Assembly: GCF_963676685.1 (NCBI RefSeq)
Contig: NC_092353.1
Location: 23,870,001-23,934,000 of the forward strand
Origin: Mytilus edulis
Lineage: Eukaryota
Direction of reading: 5' to 3'
Length of the DNA stretch: 64,000 bases
Part shown: piece by piece, positions 25,438 through 39,164 of the stretch
How positions within the stretch are numbered: the first letter of the stretch is position 1
Layout: every line of letters begins with the position of its first letter
Notes under the pieces: model-generated
Seen by the model: the letters and a program-made list of their open reading frames with translations, nothing else
Told to the model about the DNA's origin: nothing
The model's database searches: none
Program-made: the position numbers and the translations under genes

Positions 25438-28400
25438 ATGAAACTATTAAACAACGTTATATGTAAGTAAATCAATATGTTATTACTTTTATAAAGTGTA
25501 AACGCAGCTTTGAATAATTCAATTTTTTCGATGGAATATAGCAAATCAGAATTGTGACCCTAGTGTTCCAGTAATTATGTTGATTGATATAAAGTCAACT
25601 GTTATGTAAAATATGATTATATCATTTGAAATATAACTATGACATGTGAAATAAGACTAAAATGTCATGTAAAATAATGCCCAAGTAATAAGAAATATGG
25701 ATTTTTCATGTGCTATTGATTAATATTATAAGGCGTTTTGTTTTGTTAGCTTTTTATCTGGTATTAATACATACAGTGATATAAAACTTATATTTTTATC
25801 TTTTTATTTAAAAAAAAAATAATATGTTTTGTTATTTTTCCCCGAGTTAATCATGCGTGTTCTATATTAAACTAACTATAAATTCTTTTTTTTTAAATGA
25901 TACAAAAAAGAGAATTAATGATTCTTCGCCATGAATTATTTAGAATTTAAAATAAATAATTCTTTGTACTTAAATTTGTCAGATTCGAATAAAAGAATGT
26001 ATCAACGATTTTTCTTGTCTTATTGGAAACAAAAATTAAAGTAACTGTATGTAGTTGAATGACACACTTCTTTATATAAATAGTTTCTCTTCTTTGTTTT
26101 ACAACATACATGCACATTGTAGTAATAATCATTTAATGTAGCCAATAAGGTACCTGATAACTCAAGTACTCTTTTAATTTTTTTAACAGGTCTCTGCTTT
26201 TGTTTCATTTGTATCTTTGGACAACAATGTGACGATCTCGATTCTGATGTATGTAAGCGGTTGCATGGCCAGAATCCGAGTCTGTGTGCAGATAGTTGTT
26301 TGTCCAGTATCTGCACTAGATTCTGTGGTCAATGTCGTAAGTTATTTAGGTTATCTTCGTGTACCTCTAATATTACAGTTTTGCGTAAGATACATTGTAT
26401 TTTTTAATAATAAAGGGATTTGGCAGTCATAAGGAAAACAAACAATACATTGAAAGACGAACTAAACAAATAAATCAAGGACACATAACTATGGTTAAAA
26501 GCTCGCATAAATGTCAATTTTATACAATTATGAAATGCAATTTTCAACACAATATTGGCATATGTATACAGGACTTTGTGTATGCATTAAATTGTGCTAA
26601 CTATTATATTATCAGCTCTGACTTGTTATTCCTGTCATGAAGTAGACGATCCTTCTAATTGTACCACCACTGCAGTCTGTCCATCTAAAGATCATGTACG
26701 TACACAACTTTTATTTGAATAAGTAATTAGCCTATGCACGAGGGTTGATGCATCTTTCAGAACCATCTTTTTCCCCAAAACAACCTACACGTTTTAAGTT
26801 ATTAAATTGGCATTTAAAATTATTAAGTTTCTGAAAAAAAGTAAAATAAGAGGAGCGGAGTATAGATATAACGTTTACAAAACATCAGCTGAATAATAGC
26901 ACGCAAGTTTACTGAACATTTAGCTGAAGACTTGTATAAGAATTATGTTACATGTGATACACACTTTAAAGGATTTTGTGTATGTTTTTCCACAAAATAA
27001 AAATCTAAAAGCTAAAACAAATATCAAGCATTTATCACCACCATAAAACATGTTACCAAGCAAATTAAATGTATCATAGATTCCTACTATAATCATTTTT
27101 AGAAGGTTTGTGATATTATGTATGAATATGACACATTCAATTAAAATACAGGTTGGGTAAAACAAACCCAGCCCTTATAACCCTTTTCATTTACTGACAT
27201 ATAAAATCGAAAAGATAAAAAATAATAATAATAATTCTCCAGGCCGTGTACAATGTGTGCTGTTGTACAGTGTTTCATGTTAGTTACATTCGTGTTTTTT
27301 AAAACACGAAATTACTCCATTTATACAGAACATTGCAGATACGGTGGTAAAGTCATGTAAAAAATAAAATTTAATTGAAATATTTTAGTATTGCTTCACA
27401 ACTCAAACCTATACAGATGACTTCCAAGAGGTTTACAAGTTAGGATGTGCAAAGAAATCAGTAAGTAGTGATGTTTATTTATTTACTAGATTTAGAAAAA
27501 TACACAGGGGTAACAAAAGAGACTTATGTATCTTCATTATCGGTTTAAAACTCGCCAAAAAGGAACATGTTTAATTGTTAAAACCATATTTTAGATCACA
27601 AACATTTCAACAGCAGGATATTTAAAAAAAAGTATGAACACTTGTACCAATCTGATTCGTTTAATTTGGGACATAGCATTTTGTTTTATTATCTAAATGA
27701 CGATGCATTTAAATGTTGCCTGTCTGGTCATTCCTGCGTAGTTACTTAGTACCCTGAAAAGTGTACTATGAAAATAGAAGGCAAATTGAAGCAATTTGAT
27801 TGGACGAGAAATTGTAAGTATGTGTTAATGTCATTTAAATTATGGTTGCCTTTCAAAATGTTCATTGGTAACTGTTTGGTTAACCCTGTATATTCTATAC
27901 TTGATTGTTTAAATAATATCTAAATCAGCTGAATTGATCTTTATAAATGCTCTGTATTGATAATATAAAAAACGAAAAATCATACAATTGTGCAGTTAAT
28001 TTCTAGGATGCTTTTAAAATGAAAGCTATTCAGGTTCGGGAATCAATTTTACATTAATATCTAACAAAAGTTTGAATAGCTCTAGAAAAAATCAAGCTCA
28101 GAAGTCGAACAAACCTTGTAACACCTGCATGATTTAGGGCAAAAGGTTATACTATAAAGTATTGACTATCTATAAGTGTATATACGCATATGTTTATTAT
28201 TTTTGGATGCTATGATATCAGACTAGGTTATCTCTATCTTGTTTTAAAATTGTACAATACAGCTATGTGAACAGAATATCAACTCTGGGAAGAGGTCCCA
28301 CCTCGATGTAAATGGAGGCTGTTGTAGTTTTGATCAATGTAATAACATACTTCCAGCATTAATTGATGAGCTAACAGTAACTAGTACTACAGAAATGGTC

Positions 28401-31400
28401 CAGAATACAACAGGTAGGGAATTCAATTTGATAAAAGAAGTGACTGTATATGTTTTAAAAGAGATACAACGTAAATGATAATATGAGATTAAAACAAATA
28501 ATTTACTGTTACATTTCTTAAAGTCTGCAATGGTTTTACACTTGTCATTTTTGGGGCTCTTTATAACTTGCTGTTCGGTGTTGGCCAAGGTTCCGTGTTG
28601 AAGACCGTACTTATATCTATAATGGTTTACTTTTATGAATTGTGACTTGGATTGAGAGTTGTCTTCTTATAACTACTAAAATAAACTATAACAAAAATAT
28701 CATACGTATAACTACTCTTACACTGAATGCACTTTTACAAATTGCGCCTGGTATCTTCTTTATAAAATAAGAGGGTATGGTATGATTTAAAATAAAGTAT
28801 AACTACATGTGTGTATATCAAATTTAAAAGATAATAATATTTTGATTTCAATGACAGATATTTATATTTTTCAGCGTCACCGTCTATACTTAAAGAATGT
28901 AAGAATTTTGATGACGACAGTTGTCTTAGAATATCAATGATTGACCCTTCCTTTTGTACCAATGACTGTATATCATCACAAATATGTCCACGCACATGTA
29001 GAAAATGCTGTAAGTTATTGCTAAATATTTAATTACAACATTTTAACTAAATTTTAGAACTTGGTCAACCGATTCTGTAAGTGTGCATAACGAGTATTTT
29101 TGAAATAAATATCATTGAGTACACACGATATCATAGGTTTAGAAGCTACAGAGATAAAAAAAAAAAAAATAAAAAAAGCTTTTCAGGGTTAACATGAAAT
29201 GAATCCCTATCCGTTTGAGAAAATTTTCTTGCTGTGCATTTTGCGACATCCGCTTCGTTACCAGTCCTATGGTATACGAACTGGTTACAATTAAATGAAT
29301 TATCATATTATGTAATCGTGTTTAAGTTAACGTTATGGATTGTATAGTTCATGTCAATTTTATTTTGCTTTTCAACATAGATAGTTAAATAACAAGTAAA
29401 ATGTATTAAAAGTAAGTGTATGGGGGACAAGATGCCATTTTAATCATCGTTTTGTGTTTGCACAGTATTTATTCTCACCCTTTAAACCAAAGTTTTGATG
29501 TAGAGTATTTTCAAGGGTTAAGTAAATTTTCCTGATTTTTTTTCCAGAATAAGGTTATTCTCTTAGCTGCATGTACTAATAACTTTATTTGTGTTTAGCT
29601 AGACATATAAGTAATTTATATTTTTATTACAGAGAATTCAAAACTGCTATTTTGATAGATTAAGGCAATTGTTTTAAATTATGGAACAAGATATTTAGTG
29701 ATATAAACCACAACACCAATTATATTGGCCCCGATATAAAACAACCTATTATTTTTTTGATACATTGTAATTCATCTTGGTTCTAAATGTACACACTCTC
29801 CGAGAAAAAAATCATAAAAGAAGGGGAACATATAAAATTTGAAGTAATACATGATAACGCAAGTATACAAGTATACAAGTATAAATCGATTATTTGACAT
29901 TTTGATCTAATGGAAATGTGTGAAATTGTTGTTGAAAGGATAAGTCAAATCAGCAAAACAAGCCTGCGTTATTAGTACATGTATCTGTGATTTTTCGTTT
30001 TTATAATTTTAGTTCAATGTTATCAATGTAATGATATCAATAGTCCTGGTGATTGCAACACTACCACAACGTGTGAGTCAGGAAAGGTATATAGTATTGT
30101 TAAATTCAAGTTACATAACAAACTATTATTGTATTAACTTTTGCAGGACAATTACGGTAAAAATATGGATAGAAATTATAAAAAAGATTTTTCGTAAATC
30201 AAAATGTCAGCATTCTTTATTTTATCACCGTCCATTTTCACGACTTGATTTTGTTTTTTTACAGCAAATTGCTGACATTTCTAACCAGTTTAACAATTTG
30301 GTTTTATGAAACCTTTTGCAATTTGATCAGGATTTTCTGCAAAAATTGGTGCGCAACACTTACATTCAAGTTATAGTAATAATTCTACGTAGAGACTACT
30401 GCAATCACGCATCAAAACAAATGTGCACGCGCGTTTTCTCCCCACATAAAGCTCACCAGTGACGCTGTGTAATATTAATAAGGCTTTATCAAGTAGGAAG
30501 TTGAAATCTATAAATTCCGAAAATATGTTTCACATACGGCTAAGGTAAACCCAGGGATAGTAAAGCTTCAGTGCCTCGAATAATACAACATTAACGAATC
30601 GACAAATATACAATATATACCGGTAAATTATATGTTAAAAAAGTGTTTAAGCGCAACAACTCGAATAAACTGTATACAATTGCTTTCTTTCAGGAATGTT
30701 TTCGCCTTCAGACCTTGAGCTTTGATTTAAGACCTGTTTTCAGACTCGGATGTCTTGAAGAAAATGTACGGATATAATATTGCTATTCAATCAATAGCGC
30801 AGAGATCATATTTGTTCCATACATGCTCCGCAATACTATTGGTTTGTTTCTCAAATTCAATTCTAGATATGAAAATGTACAATTTGTAAAATTACAGTTT
30901 TTATGAATATGGTGAGTGAGACGCATGTTTAAGTTACATTTTCACGATGTGCAGTTTTTATGAAGAATATAGTGCTGTAAATTAAAATCACGAAAACTAG
31001 AAACATAGTTTTCCTATATTGAACTGATCAAAGTAAGATATATAGTAGGTGCTTACAGTAGTGTTTAGATATTATAGAAAAGAACAAAAATACTGTTTAA
31101 ATTGTGTAAAGAACAGAGCTACAATTTTCAAATACACATAAAAAACAACTCAATGATTCTTTCACCATCATAAATGTCAAAAGTAATTAACAATAGCGTA
31201 TCATGACTTTATCATCTATTAAATTCTTTAATTGCTATAGTTATGTAGCAGATTCAACATGGACCCACTACAATCTGCTTTTGGTCGTAGAGATGTCTCT
31301 CTAATAGGTGGATGTTGTAAAACTGATCTCTGTAATATACAGCGTACTCTACCAACCACTCAAACAACTACACAAAGAGCTTCTCCGGTAACCACAGGCA

Positions 31401-33989
31401 CACCTAGTAGGTGTACTAATAATCATAAGTTTTAATTTGGGACCCAAGTGTAACAGTACTGGAATATATATAGAAATATAGTCATTTTTGTCTGCATGTA
31501 CTAAAAATTTGAGGGGTCCATATTTGACTAAATTCAGGCCAAATCCAATACACTTACCATTATTTTCGTGTGGCATTCAAAATTCCCTATTATACCGTTC
31601 TTGTCTCGTTTCCAGACTTACCTATATAAAATTCTAACTGGAAAGTTCCTTTATACAATGGAATATAGCTCAACCACACCAAACAAATGGAAAACAACTG
31701 TCGTTTTTCTGACTTGGTACAGGCACATTCCCTTTTGTGGAATTCATTGCTTATGTGCTCTATTCATGAATATAAATATAATATTTACCACTGGACTAAT
31801 CCTTTTTTTCAAGTTCTTGATTTTTATCTGCCCATAACATTATATTAAAATTTAATATTACTTTAAATACGTTATGCATTAATAGGCTCATCATCTTTAC
31901 CACTCTAAAAACAATAACGCCAAATGTGCGTTTACTCTACAAAAAAATCATCAGTGACGCTTAAAATCCAAAGTTTAAAAAAATAAAGTAATAGCTTTAA
32001 GAATAAAAAGACCTGATATTCAAAAGGTTTTGTCAATCACAGCTAACATTAGTATTCTCGGGTTAAATAATGCTTGGTATATTTTGAAAATTTAAGTTTT
32101 GTAAACAATTATTATATAATTATGACCATGTCAATAATAATTCATGTCAACACAGAAGTGTTGAATACTGAACTATCAGATACATTATTTATAAAAATAA
32201 CGTGCAGAATGATCATCAAACATGATTTAAGAATATTTTTTCTTTCAATCGTAGCCTGTAGGCCTATGTTGATAGGAGATTGTCCGATTGGATTTGTTAG
32301 AAGAGCTGATAGCTGCTACTACATCAGTCGTAGCCATAGAATACAATCAGCGGCACATGTAAGTTTTGGCATAAACACAACCATTGGTGAGATGTTTCTT
32401 AAAGAAAAACATGGAACAATATACATTAAATGTAATATAACAATTGTTCTCAAAGTATACATTGACGTCTTTATCTAAACCTGGTATTAGAATGTCTATC
32501 TAGTACAGGAAACTGTGATTTCTGTTTTTAAAGCATTTAAATTTGTAGGACCTTAATCAATGACTTGTTAGATTACGATGATCTGATTTAACAACCGTAA
32601 AAAATTTCAGAATTTTATACTATTTTTTCGTACACATAGAAATCTGTATATAAGAAGACAGGGGTCAACGCACGGTAAACTGATAGCCTTGTTTAAAAAA
32701 TCTTTTGATCTATTAATATAAACACTTAAGAAAGGGCAAATGTTTTTGGCAAACACATTGGACATTCAGGAATATAACTATCAAGGAACTGATCAAAACA
32801 CAGTCTGAAACAGTGTGAACATAACTCTGTGCTTTTACATTTACTTTGCTAACAGAAAAACTCTATTACTTATTATTTTTTTGCAGGAAGAATGTGCTTC
32901 TTATTGTACTCGACTGGTGATTATAAGTAGTGAAGTAGAAAATAAGGAAATTACTGACTTCTTACACCAAAGTAAACAGATAGTTGGAATAAATGAAGGT
33001 AAATAACACGATGTCCCTTATCAAACATTTACAATTTTTAAGATTTTTTAATTAATCTTTATTTAATGTATTTGTATGGAACGATCGCGTATAGAGCGTA
33101 TACAAAAACATCTGTTTTGTTAAGAAGAAGAGGAATACATATGAATCAACCATTGTAGGATCTTCTCCTGATCATTCATTTTAAAATTGTTAAACGAAAT
33201 TGAACTATACGTATTAGTTTCTCTAATTGGTATGCATAACTGTTTAAAAATTATACTATGATTTAAGTTTTCCAAATACAATTTTAATCATAATATCAAT
33301 CCCCTTTGATAGCTAAATTTGAAATTTTATAATGCTCGACAAGCTTATTTTGAACTATAATAATTCGCTATCTATTGATAAATCTCGTAGTCAAGAGGAA
33401 ATATAAGTACATACTAACTGATAAGAAATAAGGTGAAATAAAGTACAAAGTTTCCATATGGACAATACAAAAAAAAACAAGAACAGACACCCTCATATTT
33501 AAGAAGCAATTATTACTGTGGTGTTTTACACAACAAACGAAATTGAATCAATACGTACTTTATCTTATAAAAGATTCTAAACATAATGCTTAGATAACAA
33601 ACAAACTAACAAAGCAAGTTTTTCTCTGTAGATGATTGGCGAATACATTATAATATGTTTAAACATTTATCAAAGCCTGGAAATAAAATGCATCAAATAC
33701 CTGATCAATTGTAGAGTCTAGATACTGGATCGATGCTTACAGAAGCGATTCAAACTTTGATGGTACTTGGGTATGGAATAGTACAGGCACCGTAATCAAT
33801 GACCACACTTATTCTCATTGGAGACCTGGATCTCACATTAATTATAATGCTGACGGAGAACATTGTGCCGATATAGGGAGAGGAGAGTCTTCTAATATTG
33901 AGACTACCAATGGATATTTTTGGGACCATGGGAGTTGTCTACATAGACTTTTGCCATTATGTGAATACCCTTTAGGAAAAAGTCCATGA
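25438..33989 (+). CDS. Gene 1 of the ShKT/three-finger/C-type-lectin cluster: SP-ShKT-LU-ShKT-LU-CTLD, secreted, 470 aa
   Basis: 12 GT-AG exons: 25438-25462 (MKLLNNVI); 26190-26336 (rest of SP plus ShKT CDDLDSDVCKRLHGQNPSLCADSCLSSICTRFCGQC); 26616-26695, 27389-27460 and 28263-28413 (LU1, LTCYSC...GGCCSFDQCNN, 10 Cys); 28875-29009 (ShKT2); 30013-30086, 30694-30765 and 31241-31406 (LU2, FQCYQC...GGCCKTDLCN); 32255-32358, 32887-32998 and 33715-33989 (CTLD, CPIGF..CYY..EC..YWID..WVW..HCA..WDHGSC..PLCE, TGA). 1413 nt, phases consistent, exon sizes shared with paralogs. Confidence 0.9.
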
Positions 33990-35439
33990 AAACTTTACAT
34001 GTACGATAAACACTGTTTGGACTTGTTATATATAAAATGATATCATATCGTTAGAGTGCTTCATTCAGATTTTTCTCTTGCTCTGATCAACATCTTCAGA
34101 ACATTGAAAAGGCATGGATTATAATGTGGTTACAAAAAAGCTGCCTATTATCAATTAAGAATTGTAAAAATACTGTTCGATTATTGATTTTTTTTTCTGA
34201 TTTTGAATATTACTATCAATGCCAATACTGCTCCAGATCACTGCAGAATTAAAAAAAAATGGTTGGATAAAAATATAGGGTGCATGCCTTCTATTCTTTC
34301 TTTCTGCAACCCAAAAACTTTTATTAAATTTCCAGGTTTGGGATTGTGAGATTTATAAACGATACCCCATCAAAATATTTATATTTGTAGAAGTAAACTA
34401 CTTGACGAGTCATGTTTTTAGGTAGTTGATATTGTTTGAAAATGAACAATAATATTGCGAATATTTTGAATGTGTACATCCTTTTTTTTTTTAGATTAAA
34501 ATGATAATAAAAGATGGTTACAACAAATTAACATATTTGTTTTAAATCCACATCTGATTGACATCACTGGTTAAACGTACTGTCTTACAAATATCTTTTA
34601 CTGCAGAAAAAAATGGTAGTCTAAGACCTTGTAACCAGACAATATAGCGTTCTGTATTTTGAGTTTTATTTTCTTAAAAGTGTAGGTATACAGTATAAAA
34701 CATTAGACATTGTGTAGATAAACATTATATTTGTCGCGAAGAGAGAAAAAATAGTTTTCGTCGTCGTTATTTATGATAAATTAAAGGAAAGAAGGATGGA
34801 TTTGTTCTATTTTTTTGTTTTAAAATCTTACTGTTAATGAGGTAAATGCAGGATTCCAGGTTTTGCTTTGGATTCCAGCTTCGTTACTGTGATTTCCCCC
34901 CAAAAACTTGTGTTGTATATAAGCACAATATTTTTAGACATTATGTAGAAAAACATTATATTTGTCGCAAAGAGAGGATAAAACATACACAACTTTGGGC
35001 ATATATGAACCATCAACCCAGTTACAACACATTATGTTTTAGAATTCCATGTCAGGAATATGGTTGTTGTTATCGACAGTCTATTTCTATGTACATTGGG
35101 GGTTCCTTTTGTTTTAGTTCAGTGTTTCCGTTGTTCGTTGGTTTTCCCATATAGTTTATGTGTTTATTTCGTTTTTTTTTACCAGGAATTGTTTTTGAGT
35201 ATTCAATTATTACTATTGAAAAGTGGTATACTACTGTTGCATTTATATAGGAAGAGTCGGAAAGCGGTGTGGTCATTGTATGCCGCAGATTTTCACTACA
35301 TGGCTGAACATCTGTGATTTCATCAGAAAAAGGGTACAGGTTTAGTTCCTCCGGATGAAGCTTTTACCTATTTTGTTAAAGTCCAAGAAATCTTCCATAA
35401 GTAACCTGAAATTCTATAACAGTTGATAATAATTTCCAA

Positions 35440-36985
35440 TAAATAAAGGCAACAGTAGTATACCGCTGTTCAAAACTCATAAATCCACGGACAAAAAACA
35501 AAATCGGGGTAACAAACTAAAACCGAGGGAAACGCATTAAATATAAGAGGAGAACAACGACATAACACCGAAACGTAACACACACAGAAACGGACCAAGC
35601 ATCAGACAAAACACCACGAGAATAACAAATATAACATGAAAACCAAATACATGAATTAGGGATAGACAAGTACCGTGCCACGTCTGATCTCAATATCTCA
35701 AAAATAAGAGAAAACACAAACGACTCAACGTTAAAATGCAACACACACAGAAACGAACAATAATATAACAATGGCCATCTTCCTGACTTGGTACAGGACA
35801 CTTTTAAAGGGGAATAAAAAGTGGGTTGAACCTGGTTTTGTGGCATGCCAAACCTCGCACTTTAATGGCAAAGTTAAATATAACATTGAAATGATAACAT
35901 AATATTACAGGACTACAATACAAATAAATAGGAGAACATATTAGACAAAGAAAAACATGATTAATAGATAACAAAAAGCATCAGGTTTAAAATTCAATAC
36001 GCCAAAAACGCGCCTTGTCCACACAGGACTTACAAGTGACGCCCAGATATAAAAGATCGAAAGAGAAAAAAGTACAAAGTTGTACAGCACTGGAGATAAA
36101 AAGTTGAAAAGGTTTCGCCAAATACGGCATTGTTTTTATTGCCGGGATAAGAACATTCTTATTATATAGATCAATTCATGCTATTGCAAACAGTAAATTT
36201 TATCAAATGAATATGACAGAGATATACATAAAGAAACTGAAGTATTAACTAATTACAGAAAACTAAACCCGAATACATAACGTCCAGATATAAAAGATCG
36301 AAAGTGAAAAAGGTACAAAGTTGTACAGCACTGAAGATCAAAAGTTGAAAAGGTTTTGCCAAATACGGCATTGTATTTATGCCCGGGATAAGAACATCCT
36401 TATTATATAGAACAATTCATGCTATTGCAAACAGTAAATTTTAACAAATGAATATGAAAGAGATATACATAATGAAACTGAAGTATTAACTAATTACAGA
36501 AAACTAAACCCGAATACATAATGCTATTAAAGTTTAACACAGAATAGACACACCCGAATCAGTCCAGGCGTCAACGTAATTACAAAAATGTGACGTCACA
36601 TACGATGGCGAAAAGGTACAAACGTTATGCCACATTTGAATTTATGAAATTTAGAAACAGCATGACGTCACATATGAAAAACTATCAAAGTGAGATAGAA
36701 TTAGGATTGATTTAAGATTATATCAGAACTAAATACTGATAATTAATTTAAACAAAATGCATATTGCAATACTTATTAATAGCAATTAACTGTAATATAT
36801 ATATGTCCAGTTTGTTATGAATCCAACTTCAAGCGTAAATAATCGTACAAAATTTAATATAATTAATAAAGGCGGTGATTAATTTTTCTATCCGTAACAC
36901 CTAAATATAATAAAAAGACGTCAACACATTTGACAAAATCCGATGAGAATTACAAATATAACATTAAACATGTAAACTAAATACA
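35440..36985. mobile_element. Composite interspersed element (family R3) with an internal 241-bp tandem duplication (36043-36283 / 36284-36521)
   Basis: Left part AAATAAAGGCAACAGTAGTATACCGCTGTTCAAAACTCATAAATCC also occurs at ~2200-2380 and ~38625-38782. It contains the R1 core CCTGACTTGGTACAGG (~35782) and a degenerate minus-strand hammerhead (~36001-36043). Confidence 0.8.
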
Positions 36986-37107
36986 ATAAGTCTGTAATGA
37001 ATGTATTCATTTACCTGCATTTAATATTAATTACAACTCTGTAATACAGAAAATATCTACAAATTACCTAACGTTGCAGTAATTGTCTTACAACCTAAGT
37101 TGAATGA

Positions 37108-37420
37108 TCACAAGCCCAGTAGTCAGCACTTCTTGTGCTGACATGAACTGTCATTGATATGGTTATATCTATAAATTTACTGTTTACAAATTTTTGATTT
37201 TTTTGAATTACTAAGGCTTTTCTACCTCAGGCATAGATCACCTTAGCTGTATCTGGCAAAACTTTTTGGAATTTTGGTTCTCAGTGCCCTTCAACTTCGT
37301 ACTTTATTTGGACTTTTTAACTTTTTTGGATTCGAGCGTCACTGATGAGTCTTTTGAAGACGAAACGCACGTCTGGCGGATATACGTAATTTAGTCCTGG
37401 TATCTATGATGAGTTTATTA
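37108..37420 (+). mobile_element. ~310-nt retrozyme-like monomer (family R2) with an intact hammerhead core at 37336-37379
   Basis: GCGUCA-CUGAUGA-GUC(uuuugaa)GAC-GAA-ACGCACGU-C-UGGCG. The 5' motif AGCCCAGTAGTCAGCACTTC..TGCTGACATGAA is shared with the minus-strand copies at 60444-60752 and 62670-62981. Confidence 0.85.
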
Positions 37421-39164
37421 ATGATTAGATTTTGTACGCTTACCGATTTTTTGGCGTATTTTGCGTATATCTGAAAAACTATGATATAACGATAGAAAAT
37501 GAAGAAAGCAAATATTATCAACCTGTCAAGATCTACGAATAGATTAACACAGTTGAAATCATCTAACCCTTTACTGGAGTTATAACTTTTACTGACAATT
37601 TGTTTTGCTTTTTTGTTTTATATTTGAAAGCTAGAATAGATATATAAAAACTTAATTAAGCCGAAATTATCAGCAAGACAATATCTACAAATATGTCTAC
37701 TTGCTGACATCTTTGATCATTTAAAATCTTCTAATTGGAGTTATTTCTCTTTAATGACGATTGTTATCCAATTAAGTTTTCTGCCTGTTATTTTAAAAAA
37801 GTAAAATCACAAAAATACTGAACTCCAAGGAAAACCAAAAATGAAAGTCCCCAATCAAATGGCAAAATCAAAAGTTCAAACACATCAAACGAATGGATAC
37901 ATGTAACAACTGTCATATTCCTGACTTGGTACAGGCATTTTTTTGAAAACTATTATAAACAGATAGCTAATTTAAATAGCAAAAATAAACAAAAAGACCA
38001 CATCTAAACATAAGTCACCATATCCGAAACCGCTAGTAGACTACTGAATTGAGTTCTATCTTATTATAAAAAATTTACCAATATTTTATGGTTTTGTCTT
38101 TTATCATGATAAGTAGAAAAGTAAGATATACATTTGAAACTGTTTATAATGATCAGCAATTGCTAAATCTACAAATAATTGAAATTTTGCCGAAATCTTT
38201 TAACATAACATAGAGTTTACTCAAAAGTAGACTCTTTGTAGGAATAATATCCCTTAAATGATATTTTTTTATTGCTTGGAATAGACACAACAGAACACAG
38301 AAACAAAGATCAGCAATATGACTAAAAAGAAATCTTCGTCATGAATTCTATTCTAGTCCACATTGTTGAAGATGTACCTTTACCATAGTGAGGGAAATAG
38401 GCTCTTAAGAGCCTCTACTTTGTTTTTTTTTGTCCGTATAATGAGCCAATTGATGAGTCTTACAGAATGGAAAGGTGATTTCAGTGTACTAGCATGATAT
38501 GTACAATTCAACAAGGTAAACATGAACTCAGTAGAGCTCTTAACCGACGTAGATCAAAAGATCGACATACAACGGACATTCAGTCAATACATGCTCCTCC
38601 GTTTCCATTTAATCGTCACAAACAATTAAAGGTTACAGTAGTATACCGCTGTTCGAAACTCATAAATCGTTAGAAAAAAAACAAATCCGGGTTACAAACT
38701 AAAACTGAGGGAAACGCATAAAAGAGGAAAACAACGACACAACTAACACACACAGAAACGGAACCAAGCTTTAGACAAAACCAGTTTAATAGAAACTACC
38801 TGTCATATATTCCGTCACACATTATTTGATCCCTGTCTACTTTTTATTGATTCTTGTCACTTGTGATTGGTTATTCTGATCAGTGTTTAATAATGAGCAC
38901 GACAACTTAAATGAAATAAGCTACGAGATATAAAAAAAATCATTTGTTTTGATTAATCATTAATAAAAGTAAAACAATGAAGATTTGTTCTCTTTAAGCA
39001 GCCAGTTTGGTAAATTTTGTTCTAATAATTTACGAAACATCGCTGATGAATAATCCACCTCTTTATTGAAATGAGAATTTTATAGACATAAGTTACCTAT
39101 TTTATAACGTCAGAAAGATAAGGCAGATAGTCACGATTATAATGTGCCCTGGATTTACATCAAC

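Noticed and set aside
26229-29009. Claim that the ShKT-like domains are Kv-channel toxins
   Set aside because: There is no Lys-Tyr/Phe dyad between Cys3 and Cys4; fold similarity alone does not show toxicity.
33900-33989. GPI anchor or transmembrane tail expected for Ly6/uPAR proteins
   Set aside because: C-termini (PLCEYPLGKSP, PLCEAHRQ) are short and polar, so the proteins appear soluble.
39037-39085. CTGATGA...GAAA hammerhead-like motif ~120 nt upstream of the gene 2 ATG
   Set aside because: Stem II register is off by one and no stem I partner exists; at best a relic.
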